Made by a program: the position numbers and the translations under genes | In this document: positions 12,263 to 28,134 of the stretch, in pieces | Layout: each line of letters begins with the position of its first letter | Numbering within the stretch: the stretch's first letter is position 1 | The notes under the pieces: generated by a model | Databases searched by the model: none | Seen by the model: only the letters and a program-made list of their open reading frames with translations | Told to the model about the DNA's origin: nothing | Source: Tubulanus polymorphus | Lineage: Eukaryota; Animalia; Nemertea | Direction: 5' to 3' | DNA length: 64,000 bases | NCBI RefSeq assembly: GCF_964204645.1 | Contig: NC_134028.1 | Coordinates: 25,602,345 to 25,666,344, forward strand

Positions 12263-12375
12263 TTTCGCGCCAGAAAATTATCGATTCACGCGTTACGTCA
12301 TCGCAAGAACACTAGGAGGCAGCACATGACGGTCTGTCTCTTTGATCCAGCGCTAGGAGGCAGCACGTGACGGTC
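12262..12375 (-). promoter_or_regulatory. LIG1 promoter: E2F site abutting the ATG, ACGCGT/CRE-like element, and a 23-bp direct repeat with CTCF-like and E-box motifs
   Basis: ttttcgcgccagaaa (TTTSSCGC) at 12262-12276; acgcgttacgtca at ~12288-12300; ctaggaggcagcacRtgacggtc twice (~12312 and ~12353). Confidence 0.6.
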
Positions 12376-12815
12376 CAAATTAAAATTATTCGGGGACCTC
12401 TAATGTCCAGTTAATCCACTTCATTATTAGGAATTTCAAGGGGCGCCAGAATATATTTTCGTTATCATCAAAAATACATCGTTAAATCGTCGATGAAATT
12501 ATCAACATTTTTCCATTCGGGACGAGACAGTAAAAATGAGATTCCATGGGTAAAAATGAGAACTACTCCTGCAGCCGCACAACCAGATGTCCTCGGATTT
12601 TTGATGATTAAGACTTCATGAGCGCATTCGCCATTCGGTACTTTATCTCGCTAACTGAAGTCGACTATCATCAATATCATTAAGACACATGAAAGATCAA
12701 AGGACCAAACCGACAACAATATGAGAACTACAGGACGACAATAATATCATTGAACAACCAATAAAAATGGCTTTGTATAAATTTATTTTTTCTCTTATTT
12801 TATTGTTCCATATTT

Positions 12816-15154
<2,339 letters not shown>

Positions 15155-15389
15155 TTAAGAAGTGTGCTGTGTTGTGTAAAAATGGTAGCCAGCAATTCTC
15201 TTATCTCACTAGCCCTAGTGATCAGCCTTGTGGGTACAAATTGAGAATAAACCACCCAGAAACAATCGAACTGGACCCAAATGAAATGATTTAAAGGAAT
15301 GATTTACTGGCATATTCGTTAAGATGTAGGAGTAAATCTAGAGGCCGGTAAAGCTAAATACACGAGTAAATGCATTTGCGGAAGTACAC

Positions 15390-15815
15390 ATCGTATGGAA
15401 GGAGAGCGGAAATAAAACGGTTATATTTACTCCGAAATCGGGGTTAATGGCACTTTTAACGGCTCAATCTGTAGCTTAGAAACTTATTTTTTGGAAAATT
15501 TATTCAGATTTAACATTAGGTCATTATAATCAGGGATGAATGACGATATTTGTGAATCGAGAAATCATTATGATTACCTTATCCAAGATGGCGGTAGAAG
15601 AGGAAGTGTTTGGGCATTCTGGGTAAATGAATTGCGGGTTTCCCAGGGTAGGGATTCCTCGGGATTTCCTCAGCAAGGTACTCGGGGAATACCACGTCAG
15701 GTGCACGGTATCCGATGTAAACAGTAACGTTGACAAATGTATTAATTGAAGGGATTTCTTTATCAATTTAGCAGTTGAAATGTAATTAACCATATAGCAA
15801 CCAAGTAGATTGTAA
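15390..15815. promoter_or_regulatory. Divergent promoter region of RPS15A and the HEAT-repeat gene
   Basis: Minus-strand polypyrimidine (TCT/5'TOP-type) start ctctccttcc at ~15406-15397; YY1-type caagatggcgg at ~15584; RFX-like half site tagcaac at ~15795 followed by the donor gtaagt at ~15812. Confidence 0.55.
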
Positions 15816-15965
15816 GTATCAGCGATTTGGGTAATTTAAATTCCGCTTTCAAGCTAAAATCCTTGTCAAAACGTCCGAAAACTTCAGTTTTGCGATCTTT
15901 CACAATAAATTCAAATCAATTTATTTATTTTGACAATTCCTAATCTGTGATTTAATTTTTCCAGA

Positions 15966-18900
15966 ATGATGCCGGGCCTTTTTGAAAAGCCGTTACCAGT
16001 AACAAGTGGTAAACCAATCCATACTAAAGTCGTCAGACATCATAGATCTGATTTCCTTATGCGAGAACAGGTAGGCTAGGCTAGAAATAATAGTAGTTAG
16101 TTACCTAATCGTTGGTGGTAAGCTTTTTATAATCGGATGGGCTTATACTAACCTTTTGGTTTGTGAAAATATCCGATCGTGAAACTAAACCGCAGTCAGG
16201 TTACTGACTAGAAATAATGGCAGCTTTTTCAACACCAGAGAAAATAAAAGTGTCTCAAGGGTGAGAATAGGGTCCTGGGGCCGGTTGCTCAAAAGTTGGT
16301 TTGAGTTAACCAGTGGATAGTTGATATGGTGACAATTGAAATTTCATTGTTACTATGGTATTTAACGGCCGGTTATCTTCAACCAACTTTTGAGCAACTG
16401 GCCCCTGGGGCCCAGTTTCACGAAAAGGATTAAGGCCTAAATCAATTTCAGATAAACTGAATTAATGAAGAAATAAAATCGATTTAAGGGTTTAAAACAT
16501 TTTTGTGAAACTCGGCCCAGATGCGTCATAATAGGCTATCAGTGATAAAACAGTTAACGTTCCATCAGTTGTTTCAATGATCATAGCTCCAGTGCCATGG
16601 GCTAGTACTCAGGTGCTTGTGTGTGCGAACACCATTCCAATTTTCATGGTTTTATCACTGTGAATTTTCCGGAAGTAATCCGGGTCCAGTTCCACAGTTG
16701 TGAGTTAAGATTTGACTCGAGTTAACTCATTGAAAATGAACTAACTTTAACTCAGAGTTAACTCTAACTCACAACTGTGGAACTGGGTCCGGAGTATTGG
16801 TACTGTAGACACAACATATTTGTATCAACCTGGATCCAGTTCCACAGTTGTGAGTTAGAGTTAACTCTGAGTTAAAATTAGTTCATTTTCAATGTTTTAA
16901 CCCAGGGTCAAATCTTAACTCACGACTGTGGAACTGGACCCTGCTGTTTATTGAGCTATTTCATTTTTCAATCAGATCCGTGAAGTGACGGAAGCTCAAG
17001 ATGCACTTCAATCGGCTTTGGATGAACTGGAGAAATTTAGCCGCGATTCTGAAGAATATGCAAAACAACTGCTTATCGTGAAAGAACAGAAATATCTTGT
17101 GGACGAATTGACGATAGTTCTTCTGGTGGGTTTCATCAATAACTACTGCTGCGAAAATGATTTCTTTTCTTTGTTCATTTCAGTTTTCTAATATTTTTAC
17201 GTTTTCAGGTTGTTGATAAATTGAATAACGAGTTGTTTTACGCGCGAGAAAACTTACGCAAAGTGCTGAAATCAGGGGAAAATGTTTACGGGGCGCGTAA
17301 AAGAGTCGTGTGGTTGGAGGGTCGAATGGAACAAATTGTAATCCATAAAGCAAGAAATGTAAGTATATTAATTCCCTTTTTTAAGGTCAATATGATATTT
17401 GTAATTATTAAAAAGAGTAATGAATGGTTTTGGGCATGTGTGTGTCGATTTGTGACTGCTTGCTAATGGTCACAAAATATGGGCATGTTGGTTTGGTGCG
17501 ATGGTTTGTGACTGGGCTGTGTCAGTCACAAAGGAAGTGTATGTCACTTTCATCCTAGGAGAGATGGTCGCATCGCAGAAAGCAGAATATGTGCAACTTG
17601 ATGCGACTGGCATTGCCAGCTGTTGCAAGAGGACGTAGGTTGACAGGTCTTTGCGATGTGACTGTCTCTGATGGTTGCAGAGAATTGATCGCAACAAGTC
17701 ACTGGAAGTCGTGAGGCTTTAGTTCATATCATTGCATGTAAAAATGGTCTTTTAATCGATTACAGGAATTATTAGAAGGTAGAGTCAGTTCAGAATCATC
17801 TGCATCATTCAAAGTGGAATCAACTATTGACAGCGAGGAGGAAACTCAACTGGAGAAACATGTCATAATCGATGTTGATGAGAAACAGGTTACATCTGTT
17901 GGCAGTGATAACGGTAGTGATGATATAAGCATTGCAGACGGAACTGATGTAAAGGATGCTGAAGCTGAAGAGGAGGACAAAATTGAAGATGTTGATGAGG
18001 ATAAACGTGAGGCTGGTGCTGAAGAGGACAAAGTCGAGGCTACCACTGAAGAAGATGATATAACTGAGGGTGTAGATGAGGAAGTACAGTCGAAGGCTAG
18101 CAGTAAAGATGACGAGCCAGAAATAGGAATCAGTGATGATGAAGAACAGAACAAAGAATCTGTGATCGATGAAACGTTAGTTGATGATGATAAATCAAAC
18201 GCTTCAACTAACGGTGAACAAGCATTTCTTACTGAAGTTGCCGAATCTAATGACGCTAAATTGAGGTCGAGATCAGTAACTGTGAAATCACCGGATACAG
18301 AAGGTTTGTATCGCCGGATTTAATTTCAATTTCCCTTTATCCTTTGAGTTGTGAATATAATTTCATGTTGTTCTGTGCATTTTATAGATTTGGCTGATTT
18401 ATACTGGAAATCTGAGCATCATCGCTATGAGTATGGCGACCATGCACAACCACTCTGTGATCTCGATCATCTCTCCTATCATCAAGTAGGATTAGCAATT
18501 CCCGGGACATTCGTTTCGAAAAGTATGTATTTAAAGGTTCTTGGAAAATGTTTCAGTAGGATTTTCAATAACTGGTTCTAAACTCATTCAATTCTAGTCG
18601 AACAACAGGACATTAATCTTCCCTGGAGACCAAGCCGAAAAGGCAGTGTACAAGACATTCATGTAAGTATTGAAGGATTTATTTGTTGGCATTCCTCAAA
18701 AAAGCCATACCAGAACTTCATCCAAATTTCCTACATTGAAAATGTAAGAGTGGTTTTCGACACTGATCTTAACTTTGTCAATTTGTTTCTTTTTTAGAAA
18801 ATTGCTCTCGATAAATTGTCGATGCGAGTGCACAAAATGTATAATAGTTTGTACAGCGCTGCTATGTTATCAGTCGATCCTCATTTCATGGATAAAGCTG

Positions 18901-21900
18901 AACGCGGTACATTCCTTCAAAATGTTGACCGTAAGTTATTATCGTTTGCATTCTTTCTAAACTCACAAAGGGAAGACAAGATATATGCAACTCAAACAAC
19001 ATGAATTCACACATTACATATTTATCTTTTTTCAGTTGATAGTATGAAACCAGACAGTGCAAGTACTAGAGATGTTATACTGGTCAGTACTTCTTTCGCT
19101 TAAATTTCGATAGATTTAACCTAGTTTAAAACAGATATTGATAGGTATCATTATGATTTTCCAACAGCCCACGATAGTGCAGCCCGCTGACCGTCCAAAA
19201 ACAAAAGACAGTGCCAGTCTACCGGACACAATACATCCGAAATCAGCCAGACTCGTGTATCATTCGAAACCAATCCCGCGTATTGCGAATCTGCCTCTTA
19301 CGCAAGTGGTATGTGGACATTTTGCTGAAAATTTGACGAAAAAACCTTCCATTTTGTATAGATTTGTGTCAAACTACCGAATATTTCGTTTAAGAGCTGG
19401 CAGGAAACTTTTCCAAGGAAGTCGACGAGTTTTGTGAGCGATTCGCCGCGCGAACGAGCTGAACGTATCGTTGATCAGAGAAATCTGATCGACGAAACAA
19501 AGTTTTCATCCAGTCTTTTTCATGAGAAAAAAACGAAATCGCGTAAAGGTTTGTAAGGTTTTTAGAATTCACTGTTTTACATGTTAGATTTACAGGTTTC
19601 ATGTGCAGAAGCATTCATTATTTTACCGTTAGGTCTTTCAACTGGTGAACGCCGTTTACAAGAGTTACTAGAAATTGAGCGACAACTTGATGAGGCACAA
19701 AAACCACCTGTTCATCAAGAGGAAACTCCTAAAAGGTTTGAAAGTTGTAACATAAACATGTTTATTCATATCTATGACTTGAGAATAAAATGAGTTTTCT
19801 AGTGTTATATTGATTGATTCGCTTTCAGGGGAAAACAACAACTAAAGAAAGTGGGCAAAATTATCAAAATTGCGTCTCAATTTTCATCAGGTATTTATTG
19901 CGATATTGGAATATACAAATATATCTCTACAGAATTTGTATCTGACTTTTCATTGAACGATATAATTTGTTGTACATATTGTATTTCATGTTCGCTTTCG
20001 TTGTGTTTAATTTCAAAGATATCAGTTTGGATAATGACGATGCGGGTGAGACTTGCTATAGTGAATTGTCCCTTGCTTTTCCCTCAGCACTTCACAAATT
20101 ATATATTACATTTTGTTACCGCATGCTGAACCACCATCATTCCTGCCTGCACCTGTAACGACAATGAAATCTTTATCCTCAAACTTCTTTATTCATTCTA
20201 TATCCCACTATGATAACTTAAAAACTTACTGTATCAAGAACTGCAGAGACTTGAAATCTGAGTGAATATATACACATGTCATGCAGGGTCCCTACAACTC
20301 CTTGAATCCTTGAAAACTCCTTGATTTTTGAATATATTTTTCGAGGTCCTTGAAAATCCTTTAATTTTGAGAAATATCCATGAACTCCTTGAAACTCCCT
20401 AAATTCTGGGAATGTCCTATTAAAAATTTTCAAAAGGTCCTTTTCAGAAGACAGTGTATTCTATTATTCTTCACTGTGTGACTTGTGAGTGAAAGTTGTT
20501 TCACTTTGAGATTTAAAACATTTAAACATGTAAAACCAAAACGGCACACACAACAACTGATCAAAATTTGAGAAAAACATGGATTTTGTTTTTGAATTTT
20601 CGACTTTTTTTCCTTATATATGACCGCGAAAACCTCCTTGAATTTTGAAAATTACTCCTTGAAAATTCCTTGAAAAGGCCTTGAATTCTGGATACCAGGA
20701 ATTGTAGGAACCTTGTCATGAATTAGTTTTATGTGTTTCCGAACCACAACGAAATCTATATAAAAGAGTCATCCTCCGTTGTTTGTATTTATGTTAAATA
20801 GGCCAGAAGACACAATGGGGTAAATTAAAACCAAGATCGGGAGCTTTGCAGCATTCCGGACTGAAGTGGGAGAGAATCAAACATTTAGTGCACAGCGGTT
20901 TAATGTCCGAAAGACCGGATGAACGCATTGACGCTGCCATAGTCAGTATAATTCTAAAAACATTTGGCCAATCGTGTTTATTATTTCAAGATTCAATATG
21001 AACGCTCTAAATTATCTTATCACCTCTGGTTAGCTATATTACTAATTGAACTGTTTCCCAAGTCCATAGTTCAGTGTCACGCATTACGGACATGGGGGAA
21101 CCGGTTTAGTAAATCGTTTCCCAGGCCCAAAGTGCAATCTTGACGAAAGTTTATTCCAATTTGACGTCAAGGGTTCATTCAAACTTATACACGCTCTCTT
21201 TATTCAGCAACTCGGTAAATTACGGTGTCCCGACACGATGGTGCTTTATCAACTCAGATCAAACCTGAAAACTGATCCCGTGCACAGAGTGCGATACGAG
21301 GCAGCGAAATCACTCGTTTTACTCGGTTCGTGGGACGAAGATGTCATGAAGTTGGTCGTCTGTCAATTGGGACAAAGAAAAAATACTGAAGAAATTAAAT
21401 TAGACCTCGTCACCACAATTTATAACGGTTACAATATCCAATATATGGATAAGGTAAACTAGATGCTGTAAATGTATTTAGAGAATCCCACACTAATACA
21501 ACGAGAAAGATGAAGTCCGAATCGTTCCCCAGGTTCCTTTTAAGCTGATAATATATTGATTCAACATTTTGACTACCAGGGTATAACCTTATAAACAACC
21601 TGATGATGACTATCTTCTGGAATATTGAAGTTATATTAGTATGGGATTGTCACAACACGGACATAGTGTTTCACCAACGGTTATACTGTAACTGTATATT
21701 CAGTGAAGTTGCAGGATTTCTTGTTCTGAATCAATTATGCATAATTTCCTTTCTAGAAAATCAAACATTTCGATATTTTGCTGAAAATACTCAATCATTT
21801 TACGAAGAGCCCGGGCCCTGATAATAAACTGGCGTTAGAATCGGCGATATGTCTCGGTAAATTGTGCGTGGCTGACGTCGATGCGAAGAAACGACTGTAT

Positions 21901-23788
21901 GACACCGTCCTCAGTAGTTCGGCTGATACTCACACGAAAGCCAATGTAAGACATGTTCTATGAAAATACGCGATTGTAAAGAAAATAATCACTGCTCATC
22001 GATAACGTAAACCACAATACAAATGGAAAAACGAGTCCGAAATAATTTCATTAGCTACAGTTTAAGTCAGCTTAACCTAAAGCTAAAGGTAATCGTTCGG
22101 ATTAGTTCTTTTTGTATTAACTTAGATTTGGTTTAACTGTATAATGGTTTCAACACAGACTCAGAGTGTTCATCTAGATTATAACAGTTCATTCAAGCTG
22201 TTTTTACACCAAGTTTCGAACTTCGTTGACTTTCTACATTTGGGTCAAGATTGTTTTTCATTTGTTTGTTGTGTTTGGTTTTTCCCACTGTAGACGCTAT
22301 TAACTATTGCAATTCAAAATCATAAGATTCGAATCAAATTTTTTCTGTTATAAACGACGATCTCGTTTAATTTTCGAAGGCATTGGATGTACTTGTGCGA
22401 CAAATGAACTGTCATGAACCGGGTATCGTAAACGCCGTACTGGATCAACTGTGCTCGTCGCCTGTGTGGAAATATCGTCACAACGCTGCCAAACTAATCA
22501 TTACCCTCGGTTCAAGATACGTACTTCAAGAAAACCCTTCTCTCACCTTCGACGAGGTTCGTGGCGCCACTTGTAATTTTCCGTCGGTTTTCAAGTATAA
22601 GCAAAGAACGAACGACACACGTTGCTCTCAGTACAAAAAGTACAGAAACATCGATTGATAATATAATGATAATAAATGATTGTATCTGTTGATTAGGTAT
22701 TTGAACGATTAGAGTGGCGTTTATGGGATGATCTTAATAAACTCGTTCGATTAGAAGTGGCCAAGGCTATCACCGCACTTGGAATGTTTAATAAAGCTTG
22801 CGAACGAGCTGAAAAGTAAGTTGTATGAACCAATTTTAATTTTGTTGTTTGGTTACTGATCGGTATTGTTAACATCTCTGGAAACTTTATTATAACAGGA
22901 ACCTCGAAGATGCGGATGATGATAAAAGAGCACAAGCTGTTATATCTATTGTAAGCTCAGTATTTCAAATAGATAGATTATATATTTTCTACTAATGCAG
23001 TATATTGCTATAATATGAGGAATATATGTATGAGGGGTATCTGATTTCAGGGCACTTTAGGTATTAAAAGAGAACGCGTGGTTCGACTGCTTCTAGAAAT
23101 GTTAGAACTTGATTCAAGCGAATACGTGCGATTGCAGGTACAGTAAATATACAGGGGCAGATCTATGGTCTGACTCGAATAGCGTTGCGCACCCCCAAAA
23201 ATAGGGCGTACCGTAAAGCTAAAAGAGCACCCGAAAAAAACTCATCGGAAAACTAATTTTTTGGAAATAAAGAGAACACTAGTAGCGAAAACCCGTACTT
23301 TTGATACAAACAAGTTAAATTTCAAAGCACTCTTTGTCTCAACGTTTGATAACTCATTCTTGTCCCTTTATTTTCGGTTCTTACGTCGGTTCACTTGTCT
23401 TAGATGCATGATTAATCACCATCAACTTTTTACGTATTGACATTTCTATCCTAACAGATTGTACGAACGTTTGGAATGTTACAGCTGTACGATAAACGAG
23501 TTTTACGCAGTTTGAAAGATCGGGATCGCGGTGCTGACAATGGTAAAATATCCAGGTACATAAATTCAATGAATTTCCTGAAGGTCACGGTACTATTCGA
23601 AGGAGATTTTGGTTTCCCATTTTGTGTAGAAACAACGAACGATCATTCTTTCTTTGTTTTTCCATTTCAGAGAAGCTAAAAAATCGTTGAAAGCCATACT
23701 CCATCCCAACGGCGAAACGACAAAAACAACTGCCGTGCCAAAGATCAAAGTTTCTGCGCCTCCTGCTAAACTAACAGGAGAAATATAA
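15966..23788 (+). CDS. Multi-exon protein with an N-terminal coiled coil, an acidic low-complexity region and C-terminal HEAT-like repeats (HEATR4-like); about 22 exons
   Basis: Phase-consistent exons include 15966-16070, 16976-17125, 17209-17298, 17766-18303, 18388-18522, 18598-18662, then ~21208-21452, ~21757-21945, ~22380-22556, ~22697-22815 and ~23671-23788. HEAT-type motifs: DPVHRVRYEAAKSLVLLG, WKYRHNAAKLIITLG, DLNKLVRLEVAKAITALG, DSSEYVRLQ. Confidence 0.75.
16278..16517. mobile_element. Two abutting palindromic MITEs (16278-16404 and 16408-16517) sharing CWG flanks
   Basis: ctg|gggccggttgctcaaaagttggtt...aaccaacttttgagcaactggccc|ctg|gggcccagtttcac...gtgaaactcggcc|cag. Confidence 0.8.
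16683..16940. mobile_element. Two oppositely oriented copies (16683-16790, 16833-16940) of the MITE seen at 3097
   Basis: Same TIRs and internal gagttaactc repeats; the second copy is flanked by CTG on both sides. Confidence 0.85.
20284..20715. mobile_element. Non-autonomous DNA transposon with CAGGG-type TIRs and a 5-bp TSD
   Basis: tcatg|cagggtccctacaactcct...aggaattgtaggaaccttg|tcatg; many subterminal tccttga(a) repeats. Confidence 0.8.
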
Positions 23789-24186
23789 TAAACACGTCTG
23801 ACAAATATAATTCTATTAAGATCATGTTATAATTGCGTATGGATTCTTCCAAAATTGTGTAAAATAATTGTGTCGCTTTTATGAGTTTGTACTAATATCG
23901 ATGTATGTACGTAATGTCTTCAGCGGATATAGTTAGTATAGTCCGTTCTAATCGACAGATTTCTATTCGACGACAGAGAAACGGTCCGTTTTAAAATTTT
24001 AGAACCGGCCAACGCCCAAAACGACTGATTTTGGTCCGTTCTCAAATTTTAAAAATTAAACGTACCAATGAATTTATAACGGACTTTTCGCTTGTGTGAA
24101 CATTTGATCCGTTTTCTATTTGGACGGACTAGTACGTCCTAAATAACGTAGCGTGAATGCGACCGTGACGCATCATCTGCGGCGAC

Positions 24187-24296
24187 CAGTATGACGCGGT
24201 TCATCGAGCTCACGCGGCCAACTGAAGTTGACGGCCAGTATTACGCGGTTCATCGCGCTCTTGCGGCGAACTGAAGTTGACGGCCATTATGACGCA
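24187..24296. repeat. ~49-bp tandem repeat, about 2.2 copies
   Basis: ccagtatgacgcggttcatcgagctcacgcggccaactgaagttgacgg repeated with a few substitutions. Confidence 0.7.
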
Positions 24297-25535
24297 AGAA
24301 ATAGTAACCTTGACGTACTTGAGACTTTTCTGTGTTGTATATCCGCGCGATTTATCTGTTATTTATTATAGAATATTCTATTTTCTAAGTGTATTCATAC
24401 GTATTTTACGTCTGATTGTAACTCATTATTTTGGAGACTATTTTGCCCTATGAGATTTTGTGATATAAATATACATTAGTTTTACCTAGTGAACACGTTT
24501 TTATTTTTTGCTGTTTTTATTTTATGAATGAATAAATTTGAATATATAAATATTTCCATTAATCTTTTTTTTCTCGTGACGGATATCATTTATTCCACTT
24601 TATATACACATGTGAAGATACACTTTCGAGACGTCATCACGGTACGAATTGACTGCTTAGACACGATGAGAGCAGGTGCTGCAGCACGAGGACTCGTCAC
24701 ATATAAGCTGGGTCGAAGACAAAAGCACTAGTATCCAAACATACATTCAAAGATTGGATGGTAGAGTAGAGCTTTAGTTTTGGACCCCAGCTGCATTTGA
24801 CTAGTCCATGTGGTTCAATTTCCAACAAAATTCGGTAAGTTCGACCGCCGATCGCACGATTAGTCTGTACTTCGAATTCCGATTTCAAAATGAAACCCCC
24901 TGTTTCGCTCCCGGCAGGTGCGGTGGGTTATATGCGGGACACTAAATTAAATCATATCGAGTAAAATCTACCAATCAAATAAATAACAGGGTCAATTGCT
25001 ATCTTAATAAAAAATACCTATGGAATAAATTTGTATTTGAATTAGTTGCCCAATTACTCTCACTACAAAACTAAGAAGATAATAAAGTCACGCAATTATC
25101 ATTATCAGGTTGACATCGTATATATATAAGTATTTATCGCATGTCTGCTTATTATGTGTGTCAGCTGTTAGGCTTCGCCAGTTATATCCACAGAGTCTAT
25201 ACCGTATACGCATAGCGATCCTTGTTAAAGTGAGTCATATAAGTAGTAAGTATGTTTGTGAGCATCAGTTTTACGCATTGCCATCCTATCATTTTTTACT
25301 AGATTTGAACTTGGAGTAATTTACTCAATTATCATGTCCAGATAGTTACTCTTGTTGAAATCATCACCAAGCGGAATCTCACCGCGTCGAGGTGGAGGAT
25401 GGTCTTGGGGTTTTCTTTCGAGATATCACGCTGTCGCATTAGTCACTGGGTTTAAAATTGTCAATGATACTTTCGATTGTCATCGCTATTTGGCTATTTG
25501 CTGATAAATATGATGTTTACATCTTTTCAGTCAAA

Positions 25536-26012
25536 ATGATCCAGGCTCCATATTCGTCGTTTAAGACAATGCCCGATGGGTCATCGTCACACTTTGCAAC
25601 ATCGTTCATTCCCGCGGGGACGGTCATCCTTAACCAAACCGGTAACACATCTCAGAAACACGGCACCGTGCACTCGATTCAAGTCACCCCGGACCTTCAT
25701 GTCGATACTCTCGCTCCGTTACGGTTTACGAACCATTCCTGTAACGCGAATAGCCGCATAGTTATAGAAACCACGCCCGAAATCAGCATCAAGTTAATCG
25801 CCCTCCGTGATATCAACGAAGGGCAAGCGGTCACATACCCTTACTATACTTCCGAGTATAAGATGGTCGCTCCTTTCGATTGCCAATGCGGTCATGGAAA
25901 ATGTCTGGGGAAAGTTCAAGGCTACTATTTCTTAGAAGATAAATCGATGGTTCCTGATACGTTGCTGTCTTCTTGCGTGGTTACATTACGTGACCAAGAA
26001 AGTCGGAAGTGA
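25536..26012 (+). CDS. Small SET + post-SET domain protein (putative lysine methyltransferase), paralog 1
   Basis: RFTNHSCNANS, LIALRDINEGQAVTYPY and post-SET FDCQCGHGKCLG. The ATG follows the acceptor tcttttcag|tcaaa; TATA at ~25120, UTR donor gtgagt at ~25230, AATAAA at ~26020 and ~26085. Confidence 0.88.
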   Translation: MIQAPYSSFKTMPDGSSSHFATSFIPAGTVILNQTGNTSQKHGTVHSIQVTPDLHVDTLAPLRFTNHSCNANSRIVIETTPEISIKLIALRDINEGQAVTYPYYTSEYKMVAPFDCQCGHGKCLGKVQGYYFLEDKSMVPDTLLSSCVVTLRDQESRK

Positions 26013-28134
26013 TTCCTTGTAATAAATATCAAACGAGATTGAATGATGTGTTTAAAATGTTTACTATAGATATGAAGTAACTTCAATAAAAAAAAGATTG
26101 AAACGAAGAAAGCGTTTTTATTTTAATCGTATGTCCATCTAAATGGGTAAAGGTGAAGATAGATCTTAAAAGAGAGATTCCACAAGGAGAGGATGACATG
26201 TAATGAAGGCAACATACTGAAGCATACTCGGCGAACTTCGTAGCTAGTCGGAACTTATAATCGAACGCACTATAGTTCGGTTGTAACGCATTTCACAGTG
26301 TCGGTCATAGGTCTACCGTGTTCAATCCCGTGGTCGACTATTTCCGGACTAAATTACAAAATATTGAATGAAAAACAGTTGCAATTGTTAACTTGTTTTC
26401 TTCATGCTCGGATCCCTAGGCATAGATTCACTGAGCAATATACGTAGAGAAAATGGCCTGACCAAATCGAAGGACAGGCGGAGGTCATGTATTGATTGAC
26501 CTTTGGACAAATTCGCGAGTTCGACTTTATACTGAGAAAGAAATATGGAACGTGAGATTATTGTTACACGTATATTTATTTACCTATATTCGTTTTGGAC
26601 ACATTTTGCGGTTTAATGTCGAGTGTATGGCAAAGATCAACACATTCGTTCTTATATTTTTCCAACATGTTTGTTCAAGAATAAAAATAATCTTCTGCCT
26701 TATTGCACTCTGTATCGAAATTATCTCCCGTCTTTGTGGTCTAATATCTTTTAAGGTTAGACAATTGATTTCTTTAAACAGCGTTGGCAAATCGCCTGAC
26801 GAATCCGTGAAAGGATATATAGTCCGCAAGAGTTGCCAAAAATGCAAATGATGCAGACTTTCTGGTTCACAATAGAAACCGTCCATGAAATGAAAAGTGC
26901 AACTTTTTAATGATATGATATGATATATACCAGCAATTAAAAGGAATACAAAATTACGTTAGGAATACATGGAACATGACATGATTGATGATAGGGACCT
27001 GAACAGAGCCATAAAGGTTGTACACTAACTAGACCGTTCAGGCCCCTAGAAAAAGTTTAATGATAAGTAATAACGATAACAACTCTTTTGTCTTTTTTTA
27101 AAGATTTTAAAGATTTTATGAAAAATATTTATAGACTGAAAAAAGATTGGAAAAAGATAGCGATTTTCTACTCGTAAAACTAGTTTTACATATCGAAGCG
27201 ACCTGAAGAGGAATACTTTTTGAATCTGAATGTTCGATCGTATGATTAATGTATCGACCGGTACTCCACGTGACCTTTCCAGATGGAAAAATACTAAACC
27301 CTCTACAGACGAGTGTTTCAGAACTCGATTCCAGAACTTATTGACATTTCGGCTGGGTATTCTCCGATAACGATCAGGTCATAGTGCTAAAGGCTACAGA
27401 GTAAAGGTTGACAACTGTGCGACCTCATCAACTATAAATACCGTATCGTAGCTTATAACTTTACACATTTACTGCTGAGCGATCGCCTTCGTCACCATCC
27501 AGCACGGAAAATATTTCACTGGTAGGAAATCCATTTCTTTACTTTAATTTCACATACAAATCAAATTGAATGCACAATGCGTACTGAATCAATTCAAATT
27601 AACAAACTTATTTACGACTAATTTCATTTCATCAAAAATGATTCTGAAATTCACCAAATTAATTGATAAGTCGATTAAGGAGATACATATCTATTCAGAA
27701 ATAAATCAACAGTAATATTCTACTCTATACATTTTCGAAGGTTTCTTGAATTCAATTCATCGCAAATTTTAATAAAGATTCTACTTCCCTAAAATCAACT
27801 GAGTTTCCATTATTTCACTAATTAGATACAGTTCCTTTTAATCAAATTTATATGATCATACACCCCTTGAATAAACTGTATATATACGACGTATTCTGGA
27901 TAAATGTTATATTATATAGACCTTCGTGGTCTGAAGCAAATAGATAAATGAATGATAAATGAATGAAATGAACAAAAAATAATATAATGATTACGTACGG
28001 ATATCTCAAAGTATGATTTACTACGGAAATTGAATGTATGCATATATGCAAAACTCGAAGCTTAGATAATTCAGACTACAGACTATAATAGACTAGATAT
28101 ATATATGCTATCCTTTTATTTTTCAGACGTAAAA

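Noticed and set aside
24187-24296. Regularly spaced repeats (here and at 3097-3308) resembling a CRISPR array
   Set aside because: Eukaryotic context, no unique spacers and no cas genes; these are a minisatellite and MITEs.
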